From Escherichia phage vB_EcoS_MM-1, in the sequence record PV577657: DNA of 64,000 nt; one strand, given 5' to 3'. The position numbers and the translations under genes were made by a program. Below are positions 37,970-48,010 of the stretch, piece after piece. Positions within the stretch are counted from its first letter, which is position 1, and every line of letters begins with the position of its first letter. Under the pieces are notes generated by a model, which was not told the DNA's origin, made no database searches, and saw only the letters and a list, made by a program, of their open reading frames with translations.

Positions 37970-38803
37970 TTTAAGTATTTTTAAGAACTCTCGTAAAAAC
38001 TCTTAAAAATACAGACGATACCGGGAGAGTCATAAGTCTCACTCATTAAGTATTTCAAGACAAAATACAGTAACGTCTATTATTTTCCAGTTTAAGTCAG
38101 GGTGACTTAGTGGTTATGTCCTGCGGTATATTGAGGACTCGGTTAGGCTTGGGGTCATGACTTCCCACCTTTTGCTGCTACTCAACAGGAGTTATCGCGA
38201 ATTACCTGTGCTATTGTGCACCATTAGTGACATCTCTCATGTCAGCATTTCCCACTTTGTGGATAGCTTGAAAAACTACTCCGATATGGAGAAAGAACTT
38301 CACTATCCTAGAATACCTTCTAAAGTTCTTCTTTAGCCTGGACATAGTTAAATCGTAATAAAACTATTCAGCAGACTGGTTGGTTAGTCTGGAACCAACT
38401 ACCGCGTGGTTTAGGCAGTGCGCAACTAACCTCGGAAGCTTTTATGTTAAAAGCATCAGTTATCCAGTTCTTACCGACCGTAGGATTCGAACCTACATCT
38501 TCCACCAGTTACGGCTTGATAATACCAATTATACTAGGACGGCAGTGTTACTACATAAGTGATTTCCACACCCCACTATTTATAAATCAGAGAAGAGTTT
38601 AGGGGAGAGGTTTCAGACGCCTCATTTTACACGTTCTAGCCACTAACCGGGATTGCCGCCCCCTGTGTACTAGTTTTACAACTAACCCACCGACTCTATT
38701 CAATGCGCTCCGGTTGGGATTCTGCACTCAGCGTAATCGGCTCGCTGTTCCCTAATTTATGAATATATTATACAGAATTTATAAGCATTTAGCAAATGAA
38801 TTT

Positions 38804-39238
38804 TTAGAAAAATTCACTAGCAATCAAAGCAGTTGTTTTACCGTCATAACGTCCGGGAAATTCTGCCTTAATAGTTTTCATTAATAGAGCTTTGGTAATA
38901 CCTGGGTTTAATTTAACCAGTTCTGCAAAATACTCACGAATCTGAACCTCAGTCAGTTGACTTGGCTGATACTCTTGCAGCATGGAATAAAGCAGTTGCT
39001 CATAGTCTACATCAGTAGGAACTTCCATACCAACTTTAATAGCGCGTTGTTTTGCATTTTCTAGAGCCTTAATCTGAGCTTTCAGATAGGCTACGAACTC
39101 GGTTCGAGTAACAATGTCTTTATCAATACGTTGCAGATCACCAATCATGGTCTGAAGATTAAGTGCCCGTTCCTTATCACCGTGAGTACGTGCTAGACTA
39201 AGTAGTGCACGAAGGGTCATTAGAATATTTTCACCCAT
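38804..39238 (-). CDS. hypothetical protein
   Basis: 144 aa. Confidence 0.45.
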   Translation of the reverse strand: MGENILMTLRALLSLARTHGDKERALNLQTMIGDLQRIDKDIVTRTEFVAYLKAQIKALENAKQRAIKVGMEVPTDVDYEQLLYSMLQEYQPSQLTEVQIREYFAELVKLNPGITKALLMKTIKAEFPGRYDGKTTALIASEFF

Positions 39239-39408
39239 TATTTCATCCCCAATGCTTGGTTAAAAGATTGTTCTGTCATAACTGCTGAGACTTTGGCGAA
39301 ATCAAACTTTTTAGGGTTCGTAGTTATTTCAGCAACGTTAGAAGTTTTAACAGTTTTCGTAGTACGAATACCGCGAGTGTTAACACCAATAATTACAACT
39401 GATTTCAT
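39238..39408 (-). CDS. small basic protein
   Basis: 56-aa ORF after conserved leader; TAATG overlap with downstream gene. Confidence 0.4.
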   Translation of the reverse strand: MKSVVIIGVNTRGIRTTKTVKTSNVAEITTNPKKFDFAKVSAVMTEQSFNQALGMK

Positions 39409-39476
39409 ATTTCGCTTCCTCTCATTAATTTATGAAAGTATTATACAGAAATTTAAGTAGCTAAGCAAGTAAATTT

Positions 39477-39944
39477 TTAAGTTTTAGTGACAACAGGTTT
39501 ATAGAATGTATGTCCCTTAATCTTAGTTGTTTTCTTAAACTTCTTTGTCCAGTAAGGTTTATCTTTACCACTATGGAAGTATAGTGCTCCATATGTAGGA
39601 TCTTGTGGTAAATCAACGTAGTATATCACTCTAGCTAAATTCTTAGCGGTTTGCCAAGCCTCATCAGTTTTATCAACTTTTGGTCTCTTAGATACCCAAG
39701 AGAACTGGTTAGACTGATATACTACTTTACAGTAGGAATCTGGGAATTTACCGGAGTTTACACGGTTTTTAGTAACATGTGCAATCGCCGTCATTCCCTT
39801 TATGCCCTCACCACGACTTTCGAAATAGATATTTTTAGCAATGCAATCTATTTCTTTTGCATCGTGCGATGCCTGACTACTAAAGCTGAAGGTAAGGGCA
39901 GCTACTAAAAGCAAAGCTGCCTTCATTCTTTTTACTCCTGCCAA
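39477..39944 (-). CDS. secreted SleB-like cell-wall hydrolase
   Basis: signal peptide; 'AIAHVTKNRVNSGKFP', 'QFSWVS', 'GALYFH', 'PYW' match SleB/Hydrolase_2 pattern. Confidence 0.55.
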   Translation of the reverse strand: MAGVKRMKAALLLVAALTFSFSSQASHDAKEIDCIAKNIYFESRGEGIKGMTAIAHVTKNRVNSGKFPDSYCKVVYQSNQFSWVSKRPKVDKTDEAWQTAKNLARVIYYVDLPQDPTYGALYFHSGKDKPYWTKKFKKTTKIKGHTFYKPVVTKT

Positions 39945-40249
39945 TCATATTCAACACGATTGGGATTTTCTTTATACCCTAAGTCAAGCAAATCATTACG
40001 CATATTTTGCTTAGCTACTGGGTTCGAGGTTACTAGTACCACTTTCTTTGGTCTCTGCCCAAATTCTAAGAGTAAACGAAGAATTTGATAACCTTCCATA
40101 CCATCTACAGCCAAGTCATTATCCATATAAACGAAATGGCCGGTGGTATCAGTTTTATTCAGAAACTCTACAGCGGCTTCTGGGGTTCGAATGATAATGT
40201 CCATTCCGTGAAGATTACGCACATCATCAATCAAAATATGAAAAGTCAT
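39932..40249 (-). CDS. hypothetical protein, receiver-like fold possible
   Basis: 105 aa. Confidence 0.4.
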   Translation of the reverse strand: MTFHILIDDVRNLHGMDIIIRTPEAAVEFLNKTDTTGHFVYMDNDLAVDGMEGYQILRLLLEFGQRPKKVVLVTSNPVAKQNMRNDLLDLGYKENPNRVEYDWQE

Positions 40250-40691
40250 AATAGCCTCGTTTCATCAATTTAAAAATATATTATACAGATAACTTAGTAA
40301 ATTAGCAAATACATTTTTAAATTGTGAAACTAGTAAACCGATAAACAGCCTAGAGGCGCCACAGGCCATATCTTATGAGCCATGTACCTTTGATCTAGGG
40401 TTTGAATCATCAACGAATACTTTGCATCTTTTAGCTTTAGAAGTTTAGAAGTTTGAGTTCTTTAAACTTTTCAGCTTTCATACTTAAATGTTGATCTTTG
40501 AAGTTGTGTCGGTAATATCAACGACGCTTTGTTCTTACGTGTCAGCTTAAAAGGCTGGTGTAATAAACATAATCTCCAATAGATTATACTTTATAGTATG
40601 GTCAGCGGTCTTATTTAACCTCGTATTTCAACCGCTGCTGCGAGGTAAGATGCTTGGGCTTTCGTCTACCGATTTACTAGCTTTTAAATTA

Positions 40692-41330
40692 TTACTCTAC
40701 TTCAATGAAGGTAGAGGCGTTAGACTCGGACAGAACAAAATCAACATTTGTTGCAAAGTCCTGGTATTCCTCGTCATGCTGCTTAATCAGCTTCTCCAGT
40801 TCCAGCGGATCAATCAAGAATGGAGTATTCTTGAGTTCCAGCAGGTTGAGCTGCATTTTAACTTCATCTTCGGAAGTTTTCTTATCGCGGGTAGCCATGC
40901 TATCCTGCAAACGCTCATATTTAGCATCAAACTGTGCTTTCTGCGTATTAAACTTAACCGTGGCGGCATGGAACTGCTTACGCATGTTAGCCAGCAGTTG
41001 GGCTTTAAGTTCCATAGAACGCTTAGCTTCAATTGCTTCCGCAACAGTCATTTTACGAGAGCCTATCTCAACGATCGTTTCTGCATTGCTCTTAATCAGA
41101 GCAGCTTTGATACGATCACGCTGGGACATCATATCCAGCAGGGACTGGAAATCTGTCTTAATACGCTCAGATAAATCATCTACTTCGATTGCAGCGCCAA
41201 CTACAACCTTATTTTTATCCTTACCTTCACCAACAGCGATCAGAAGCTGTTGTTCAGTAGCTTTACGGATTTTAGCTTCCAGAGATTTGATAGTTGCCAG
41301 AGCGCGAGTTTTAGAGATACGAGTAGTCAT
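40692..41330 (-). CDS. coiled-coil protein
   Basis: 212 aa, heptad-rich. Confidence 0.5.
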   Translation of the reverse strand: MTTRISKTRALATIKSLEAKIRKATEQQLLIAVGEGKDKNKVVVGAAIEVDDLSERIKTDFQSLLDMMSQRDRIKAALIKSNAETIVEIGSRKMTVAEAIEAKRSMELKAQLLANMRKQFHAATVKFNTQKAQFDAKYERLQDSMATRDKKTSEDEVKMQLNLLELKNTPFLIDPLELEKLIKQHDEEYQDFATNVDFVLSESNASTFIEVE

Positions 41331-41383
41331 TATTTGCTTCCTTATATGAAGTTTGAGATTTGAATTTGTTTAAAGTTGGTCTA

Positions 41384-41566
41384 TTACAGACCAATTGCCA
41401 GCAGAGTGCGCAGAACAGTATCGTTACTGTTATCAATTTTAGGATTAGCACGATTTAGCAGATCAAAGATTTTCTGGATACCTGATTGACGTTCAGCCAT
41501 ACGACGGATACCCAGATTACGAGTAGCTTTCTTACCATTTTTACGAACATTTTTAGATACTGGCAT
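41384..41566 (-). CDS. small basic protein
   Basis: 60 aa. Confidence 0.35.
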   Translation of the reverse strand: MPVSKNVRKNGKKATRNLGIRRMAERQSGIQKIFDLLNRANPKIDNSNDTVLRTLLAIGL

Positions 41567-41636
41567 ATTTGTTTTCCTTTTATTGTTTTCTCAAATTTAT
41601 GAATATATTATACAGAATTTTGGAGCCGGAAGCAAA

Positions 41637-42338
41637 TCAAATTTTCATTTTTTCGATCATAGCTGCAACACAATAGCTCTCAACTAAGGCATCAAATGCT
41701 GGGTCGTGCTTAACCGGATAGATCCCATAACGAATGGTGTCCATCTTCTCCATTTTAGCTATTGCCCAGCTAATACCTTCGGTCTCTAGAGCTTTATAAC
41801 TGTATCCAGCTTGCATCCAGAGGTTACGAAGAGATCGAACATTACCCAAATTCCAGAATTTCCACGGAACTACCTCTTCATTGGTTCCAGCATGGAACGT
41901 GTTTGCAGAGTAGATAGTCATATCAAACTCTGGACCGTTTCCATAATACAAAGCATTTTCGCCTAAAGCCAACTCCATAATATTTTTAGCCATAGAGTAG
42001 GCAGCATAGTTAGAGCCGAGTTTATTAGTGCAATGATGTTTACCATTTTGGAAGGCAATCAGTTTTGGATTACGTTCCTTCATAGCTTCCATAATGTGGA
42101 TAGCAGACGGGCTATTTTTAGCTTGATCCATCCAGAATGCTAGAGTAGATGCTGTAACTTTGGCACCAGAATTAAGTTGATCTTGTACATCCAAAGTAAC
42201 AAATATTAGATCAGGGTCTTTATCAATTCCATGCATAGCCACAAAAGCGAAAGAAGGCATTGCGATATGAGTAGTACCACAATCTCCTGGAGTTCCCAGA
42301 GATTCAATATCTAGCATACCAAATGGTTTTACTTTCAT
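41637..42338 (-). CDS. DEDDh-type 3'-5' exonuclease-like protein
   Basis: 'MLDIESLG' (Exo I D-x-E), 'HDPAFD' (H-x4-D). Confidence 0.5.
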   Translation of the reverse strand: MKVKPFGMLDIESLGTPGDCGTTHIAMPSFAFVAMHGIDKDPDLIFVTLDVQDQLNSGAKVTASTLAFWMDQAKNSPSAIHIMEAMKERNPKLIAFQNGKHHCTNKLGSNYAAYSMAKNIMELALGENALYYGNGPEFDMTIYSANTFHAGTNEEVVPWKFWNLGNVRSLRNLWMQAGYSYKALETEGISWAIAKMEKMDTIRYGIYPVKHDPAFDALVESYCVAAMIEKMKI

Positions 42339-42366
42339 AACTTATCCTTTATTGTGTAGAAAACTA

Positions 42367-42603
42367 TTAAAGAGACAGCTCTTTAATAGACTCCCACTTC
42401 TTGGGGTCTTTAAAACCAGGAAGCATATCCTCACTGACATCCCAGTTCTCTTCCATAGAGAAGTCGGGCCACTCATTCCAGCTACCTTCCAGCTCTTCAT
42501 AACAGGTATCCATTACCTCATGACTAGAAAGTCGTGTATAATCTCTAGCGGACTTATGAGTGCTAGCACGGTTAAAATCATTCTTTGCTACAAAATTACG
42601 CAT
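42367..42603 (-). CDS. hypothetical acidic protein
   Basis: 78 aa. Confidence 0.4.
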   Translation of the reverse strand: MRNFVAKNDFNRASTHKSARDYTRLSSHEVMDTCYEELEGSWNEWPDFSMEENWDVSEDMLPGFKDPKKWESIKELSL

Positions 42604-42644
42604 AGTTTCTCCAAATAAGAGGGGCTTTCGCCCCCTGATTTAAA

Positions 42645-42860
42645 TCATTTGCCCAGCAGTTTAAGGATATTTTCCATAATAGTTTGGGCAGATTTTTCAC
42701 TCTTGTTGGTTTCAGTCAACTTTAAAGCGAGTTCTTCCTGCTGTTTCTGAATATCAGCAGCGATTTTTTGATCAGCCTCAATACGAGCTTGAAGCTCATC
42801 AGTGATAGTGGTAAAGGAAGCAACGATTTCAGTAACGGAACGTGGTTTCTTAGAGAACAT
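42645..42860 (-). CDS. hypothetical protein
   Basis: 71 aa; hairpin downstream. Confidence 0.4.
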   Translation of the reverse strand: MFSKKPRSVTEIVASFTTITDELQARIEADQKIAADIQKQQEELALKLTETNKSEKSAQTIMENILKLLGK

Positions 42861-42923
42861 AAAAGTATCCTTGATTAGTTAGAGAATCAGTAGATTGTAG
42901 GGGCTTCTGCCCCTATTTATCTA

Positions 42924-43439
42924 TTACTTCGCTTTACGTTTGCGAGCTGGTTTAGCAGATTTACGAGCGGAATCACCCGTGAACTTAATGCCTACGCCGT
43001 AACACAGAGCACGAACATTATCTTTACTATACTCTACGCCAAAGATATTTGGCTTAACAGAACCAAACTGTCCACGAGTATCACGCAATACATCTGCTGT
43101 TGGTTTACGCTTCTGGTTAACTGCCTTCTCATAGTCTTTCATAGACATACCATTACGAGAGAACAATTCAGCCCCAGCGTTGAAGCTCAGGGAAACTGGG
43201 ACAGATTTGTGGCCGTAATTTTCTACATACATAACCATTTTGTAGGATTTACGGGTGGCATTTTTAGCTTTAGGCTTCTGACGAATCGGAGCCGGATTAT
43301 TCAGTGCTTGCGCAGCCTGAGCATCAGTAGGATGCTTACGCAGGTGACGTTCCAGACGAGCTTTGCGATTAGCCTCAGTCTTCGGGAAAGTTTTAACTGC
43401 CGGAGCTGCTTGAGTTTTTGCGTTTTTCTGCTTAGCCAT
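42924..43439 (-). CDS. basic protein, possibly nucleic-acid binding
   Basis: 171 aa, Lys/Arg-rich termini. Confidence 0.5.
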   Translation of the reverse strand: MAKQKNAKTQAAPAVKTFPKTEANRKARLERHLRKHPTDAQAAQALNNPAPIRQKPKAKNATRKSYKMVMYVENYGHKSVPVSLSFNAGAELFSRNGMSMKDYEKAVNQKRKPTADVLRDTRGQFGSVKPNIFGVEYSKDNVRALCYGVGIKFTGDSARKSAKPARKRKAK

Positions 43440-43514
43440 TATTTGTTTTCCTTTTTGTTTATCAATTTATGAAGTATATTATACGAGAATTTGAAGCGTT
43501 TAGCAAATGAATTT

Positions 43515-43964
43515 TTAATTTATTAACTGTAAGCTTCTTTTAATTTCAGACCTTACTTGCATCAAAAGGACTCCTAAAGTATTATCCCCGATGCCTCGGC
43601 AAACACCCCAATATGTATCTCCCCAGGTATTTCCTTCGATCAAAGTTGCATTTTCTGTTGCTAACAGTTTATCTCTTAAATCAGGAATTGCAAACTTTAA
43701 TCGTAAAAGCTCTAGCATTACATCATCTTTTACTTTATCCCAGTCAGAGCGTAGGGTTAATTTACGTCCTATACGTTTAGCAACTCCTGCATTTAGGGAG
43801 CGAAGTACATGAGCTACATCATCTTTTTGGTCGGATTTCATAGCCTGAAAAGCATGTTCTACAGTATCAGCATGCCATATCTCATTTAGATATTCGAAAG
43901 TAATTGGTGATAAATAAAAGTTAGATAAGAAACTATAAGTACCTTTAAATTCAGTAATCTTCAT
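43515..43964 (-). CDS. NADAR (YbiA-like) domain protein
   Basis: 'SFLSNFY', 'EHAFQAMK', 'LELLRLKF', 'DTYWG', 'GDNTLGVLLMQVR' align with the YbiA/NADAR pattern. Confidence 0.6.
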   Translation of the reverse strand: MKITEFKGTYSFLSNFYLSPITFEYLNEIWHADTVEHAFQAMKSDQKDDVAHVLRSLNAGVAKRIGRKLTLRSDWDKVKDDVMLELLRLKFAIPDLRDKLLATENATLIEGNTWGDTYWGVCRGIGDNTLGVLLMQVRSEIKRSLQLIN

Positions 43965-44245
43965 TTTTTACGCCCCGCATCTTTAGCCTCCTCGGCTGTA
44001 TAGATATACTGATAAGCCCCTTTGGAGTAGGCTGGAGCAGTACACATTTTCTTACGCTCAATCTCTTCTTGAGCTTTTCTTTCGCGTTCCGCTAATTCTT
44101 CGTCCAAATAAACTAAACGTTGTTCTGGAGGAGGTGGAAGACGTGTTTCTGGCTCGCCAATATTAGCCTTTCTTATTTGACGAGGTGATTGTGCACGTTT
44201 TCTCAATGGTTTAAATCCTAATGAATTTGAGTTATAGATCCGCAT
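43961..44245 (-). CDS. hypothetical protein
   Basis: 94 aa. Confidence 0.45.
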   Translation of the reverse strand: MRIYNSNSLGFKPLRKRAQSPRQIRKANIGEPETRLPPPPEQRLVYLDEELAERERKAQEEIERKKMCTAPAYSKGAYQYIYTAEEAKDAGRKK

Positions 44246-44322
44246 AAAGCCCTCCTCACTTTCAATACGAATATTATACTAAATTATAGGGCTTTAAGCA
44301 AGAGAATTTTTTAATTTATTTA

Positions 44323-44799
44323 TCACATCTCAGCCATTTCAGCTTCAGTAATAACTGTATTACATAAGGCGTCTACAGCTTCATTACCACTAATACCAGA
44401 GTGCCCTTTAACCTTAATAAAGGTAGGATTAGTATTATGAAAGTTGATATACTGTTGTGTTAATTTAAATGCTTCCTGCCAAAGTTCTAGATTAAGAGGA
44501 ACTTCACCATCTGCTTTCTTCCAGCCTTTCCTTTGCCAAGAAAACATCCAACTTTCCATGCCATTTTTGCAATAAGCAGAGTCAGTATAGATAGCAATTG
44601 GTCTATTATCTTTTTTAACAGACCAACGTAGAGCTTCTACAATAGCTGTGAGTTCCATCTCATTATTTGTAGTTTTAGGATTATAACCAGATTTAGAACC
44701 TAAACGATCGTCGTTATCATCATAGACAATAAAACCCCAAGCACCCGGACCTGGGTTAGACTTACAAGCACCATCTGTATAAATGTGGAAAACCGACAT
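44323..44799 (-). CDS. rnh: ribonuclease H
   Basis: 'IYTDGAC...GPGAWG' N-terminus; start moved to the ATG after GGGAGG RBS. Confidence 0.7.
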   Translation of the reverse strand: MSVFHIYTDGACKSNPGPGAWGFIVYDDNDDRLGSKSGYNPKTTNNEMELTAIVEALRWSVKKDNRPIAIYTDSAYCKNGMESWMFSWQRKGWKKADGEVPLNLELWQEAFKLTQQYINFHNTNPTFIKVKGHSGISGNEAVDALCNTVITEAEMAEM

Positions 44800-45080
44800 T
44801 ATACCTCCCAACTAATTTTAAGACCCATGTCTACAAAGGCGGCTTCTCGGTAGTATTGTGAGAGATGATACCCCTTATCCGATAAGGTTTTTAGTACTGA
44901 TTTAGCTGCTCCTGGCATTTCTCTAGGATTATATAGCCACCTAGCGTAAGGATTATCTCGAATAATTACTTCTGTATTTCCAGACTTAGCAGCTTCTACA
45001 ATCTTTTCTTCTATAAACTTTAGAAATGCGGGTACTTCTGTTAATCCTGCAAGTTCTTGGGCTTCTTTGGCTGAAATCAT
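44799..45080 (-). CDS. hypothetical protein
   Basis: 93 aa. Confidence 0.45.
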   Translation of the reverse strand: MISAKEAQELAGLTEVPAFLKFIEEKIVEAAKSGNTEVIIRDNPYARWLYNPREMPGAAKSVLKTLSDKGYHLSQYYREAAFVDMGLKISWEV

Positions 45081-45280
45081 GGCTTTTCACCTTCTGCTAC
45101 ACTTCTGGTTTTTGGTGGGATGGGAGGGTTAGGTTTTATAGCCGCTAATTCCCTATCTAAGAATTCCTCTATTGCTCTATCTACAAAGTAGTCATAGGGT
45201 AAATGATAATGTTCTGATAGAGTAAGAAGTTTGTGCTCTTGGCTTTCTGTTAAATAAACTTTCTTTCTAAAGAGTCCCAT
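45077..45280 (-). CDS. hypothetical protein
   Basis: 67 aa. Confidence 0.4.
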   Translation of the reverse strand: MGLFRKKVYLTESQEHKLLTLSEHYHLPYDYFVDRAIEEFLDRELAAIKPNPPIPPKTRSVAEGEKP

Positions 45281-45374
45281 ATGTGTATCTCCAATTTATA
45301 AAATATATTATATTTAAATTTCACTAAATAAGCAAATGAAATTTAAATATAATAGCCCCGAAGGGCTATTTAAA

Positions 45375-46229
45375 TTACACAGTGAATGGATATGCAATAG
45401 CAGGATGGTGTTCGTAACCACGAACAGTAAAATCATCCTTATTTACCCAGGTCAATACATCCTCCAGAGTTCGGATATTTGGATTGATTTCTAGAGTAGG
45501 AGGTGCAAAGGGTTCACGATCAAATTGCTTATGCTCCATCAAAACATTATACTGATCCTCATAGATATGAAGATTGATAATCTTCTGGCGTGCAATCCCT
45601 GGTTTAAGGCCTGTAATCTGTGCCATTAATGCTAGAAGCGTATAGCACTGAACCATGTTAAATACTTGGCCTAACAGGAAGTCATTAGATCTCTGGAAAG
45701 AGTTCAGATATAATGTATCTCCCAAAATAGAGAACTGATGAGTATGCATACATGGACGTAAGCAACCCTTTGAGAACTCCCCCGGATTCCAGAAGGTTAG
45801 AATTTCCCCACGATCATCAATGCCCTTTTTCAGATTATGATAAATCTTGGCTAGTTGGTCAAACATAAGACCATCGGAATTAGTCCACTGACGTCCTTGA
45901 ACACCATAGACTCGTCCCATATCATCCTCACCTTTACGGTATGGATTGTCTAGCCAAGCTAAGTTTTCATTTGCATTAGCATTCCATGTGTTAACACCAA
46001 TAGCGCGGAATTGTGCTGCTGAATCATACCCACGTAGATACCCAATCATTTCCATTATTGCTTGTTTTGCAAACGCCTTACGAGTAGTAATAAGTGGGAA
46101 TTCACCTGCACCTACGTTAAAAGTAAAATCTGCATCAATAATGGTGAGGCAACGAACCCCTGTTCTGGGATTCGTTACCCACTGACCTTCTGATAGAATA
46201 CGTTTTCCAACTTCTATATACTGATCCAT
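45375..46229 (-). CDS. thyA: thymidylate synthase
   Basis: 284 aa; N-terminus and C-terminal 'NLHIYEDQ' region align with ThyA. Confidence 0.8.
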   Translation of the reverse strand: MDQYIEVGKRILSEGQWVTNPRTGVRCLTIIDADFTFNVGAGEFPLITTRKAFAKQAIMEMIGYLRGYDSAAQFRAIGVNTWNANANENLAWLDNPYRKGEDDMGRVYGVQGRQWTNSDGLMFDQLAKIYHNLKKGIDDRGEILTFWNPGEFSKGCLRPCMHTHQFSILGDTLYLNSFQRSNDFLLGQVFNMVQCYTLLALMAQITGLKPGIARQKIINLHIYEDQYNVLMEHKQFDREPFAPPTLEINPNIRTLEDVLTWVNKDDFTVRGYEHHPAIAYPFTV

Positions 46230-46762
46230 TAATAAGTAACCAATTCCTGTACAAATCGCAGGCTGTTATCACTGTTTGCGCCAGTTGCGTAAACTAAACG
46301 AGTAGATTCATAGTTGTAATCTAGAATCGTATTATCCAGATATACATCTGCCTCTAGTTTTTGATTACTAAAGATTGTGGATACAAAAGCACTTTCAATA
46401 TGACCATATTGATACATTTCTAGAAGAAGGTTAGCACCACCTAGAACTACTGTCTGCTGATCTTTCAGAAATGTAGGTAAAGCATCCCCAATCTTAGAAA
46501 TTGGGGTGTAAATATCATGTGTAATATCATCTGGCAGTGGACGATCAGCACGAATAAATAGGTCAGAAGCTCCAATCATACGTTCTCTAACGGCGTATGG
46601 AAGAGCTAAATAAGTACCCGCACCAATGATGATGTTATCTGGATTCAACACGTCCAGTTGAGAATAGAAAGCATCTAGTTCTTCTTTGAAGGAACCCCAT
46701 GGAAGTTTACCGCGGAGGCCGAACTCCCCATTCGGCCCAACTGCATACATTGCTGTAATCAT
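46229..46762 (-). CDS. frd: dihydrofolate reductase
   Basis: 177 aa; 'GLRGKLPW' motif; overlaps thyA start. Confidence 0.7.
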   Translation of the reverse strand: MITAMYAVGPNGEFGLRGKLPWGSFKEELDAFYSQLDVLNPDNIIIGAGTYLALPYAVRERMIGASDLFIRADRPLPDDITHDIYTPISKIGDALPTFLKDQQTVVLGGANLLLEMYQYGHIESAFVSTIFSNQKLEADVYLDNTILDYNYESTRLVYATGANSDNSLRFVQELVTY

Positions 46763-47904
46763 AAGAAATCTCCAAATTCATTACCCAGATCTTTCAGAGT
46801 ATCAGTAGAGGTCTCAGTTACCTGACCTACACGGTAGGCTGCACCAATCTGGATTTCTTGTGGAGCAGGCTGTAGAGAAGTAGTATCCAACCAGTTCATA
46901 ATCCACGGAATAGGGTTTTTGGTGATTACTGGTAAATGACTAGGCCATTCTACACCGATGTGCATAAATGCATTACGTCCCACAAAATACAGATATTCTT
47001 CTAGAAGTTCTGCATTCAAGCCAATCAGACTACGACCTTTGAAAATGAAATGACCCCATTCAATTTCAGTTTTCAGAGTTTTCAGGAGCTGTGCTGGTGC
47101 TTTAGCCACTGCTTCATCTACCAGATCTTTGTCAAATTGCTGAAACATAATCTGGATGATTGCTTTGGACATCTGAGTGTGCAGAGCTTCATCTTTAGCG
47201 ATTAATTGCAGATTTTTAGCAATACCTTGCAGAATATCGTTCTCTGCTAATGCAAAGGTACATGCAAAGGATGCGTAAAACTGCATTGCTTCCAGACCAT
47301 AGATCGCAAAGTAAGCGTCTAATAGTTTAGCCTGAGTTTCACGTTTAACTTCAGGGAACTCAGTTTCTGGATATGTATTGTCGCCACGATGATCGCGTAC
47401 TGCGATGAAATACTGACCTAACTGGTACAGTTCATCGAATAGTTCAACAGAATCAGCGATGCGCGCGAATGCTTCTTGGTTTTTGGTTACAGAATCAATA
47501 AATTCTGCTGGATCAGTCAGCACATTACGAATAATATTGCTATAAGCACGACTATGCAGGTCTTCAAAATAGCTCCACTGTTTGAGCATACCTTCCAATT
47601 CTGGACGACTTACAAGCGGCATAATAGCTGCTTCAGGGGCACGACTGATAAAGGAATCAGTTTGAGTTTGCCATGCTAAGTTCAGGAGTGTAATTTCCTG
47701 AATTTCTCGTGGGAGATTAGGCCATTGTTTCTTATCTGCTTCCAGACTGATTTCAGTTTCAGTCCAAAATTGAGAGCGCTGCAGAAGTGCCAGACGTTCT
47801 AGTTCTGGATGTGCTACACGTACATAATCTGCGATACCGAGAGAATCTCCCAGGAAAAGGTCGGCGTTAGTATGATCCCAATTCAGGTTTAGTAAAGTAG
47901 TCAT
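46759..47904 (-). CDS. nrdB: ribonucleotide reductase class I small subunit
   Basis: 381 aa; TTGCTA-N17-TATAAT promoter at 47905-47975. Confidence 0.8.
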   Translation of the reverse strand: MTTLLNLNWDHTNADLFLGDSLGIADYVRVAHPELERLALLQRSQFWTETEISLEADKKQWPNLPREIQEITLLNLAWQTQTDSFISRAPEAAIMPLVSRPELEGMLKQWSYFEDLHSRAYSNIIRNVLTDPAEFIDSVTKNQEAFARIADSVELFDELYQLGQYFIAVRDHRGDNTYPETEFPEVKRETQAKLLDAYFAIYGLEAMQFYASFACTFALAENDILQGIAKNLQLIAKDEALHTQMSKAIIQIMFQQFDKDLVDEAVAKAPAQLLKTLKTEIEWGHFIFKGRSLIGLNAELLEEYLYFVGRNAFMHIGVEWPSHLPVITKNPIPWIMNWLDTTSLQPAPQEIQIGAAYRVGQVTETSTDTLKDLGNEFGDFL

Positions 47905-47975
47905 TGATTTTCCTCTTTCTCACTATTTCAGGAATATTATAGCAAATCTGGTAGCGATTAGCAAGTAAAATTTCA
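47905..47975 (-). promoter_or_regulatory. early promoter of nrdB operon
   Basis: TTGCTA, 17-bp spacer, TATAAT, leader with GAGGAAAA RBS. Confidence 0.6.
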
Positions 47976-48010
47976 AAGAAAAAGGAGACCCGAAGATCTC
48001 CTTGTTTTTA

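Noticed and set aside
40705-41349. 214-aa plus-strand ORF
   Set aside because: Antisense to and fully nested within the minus-strand coiled-coil gene 40692..41330; Ser/Leu-rich translation typical of antisense frames; no promoter or RBS
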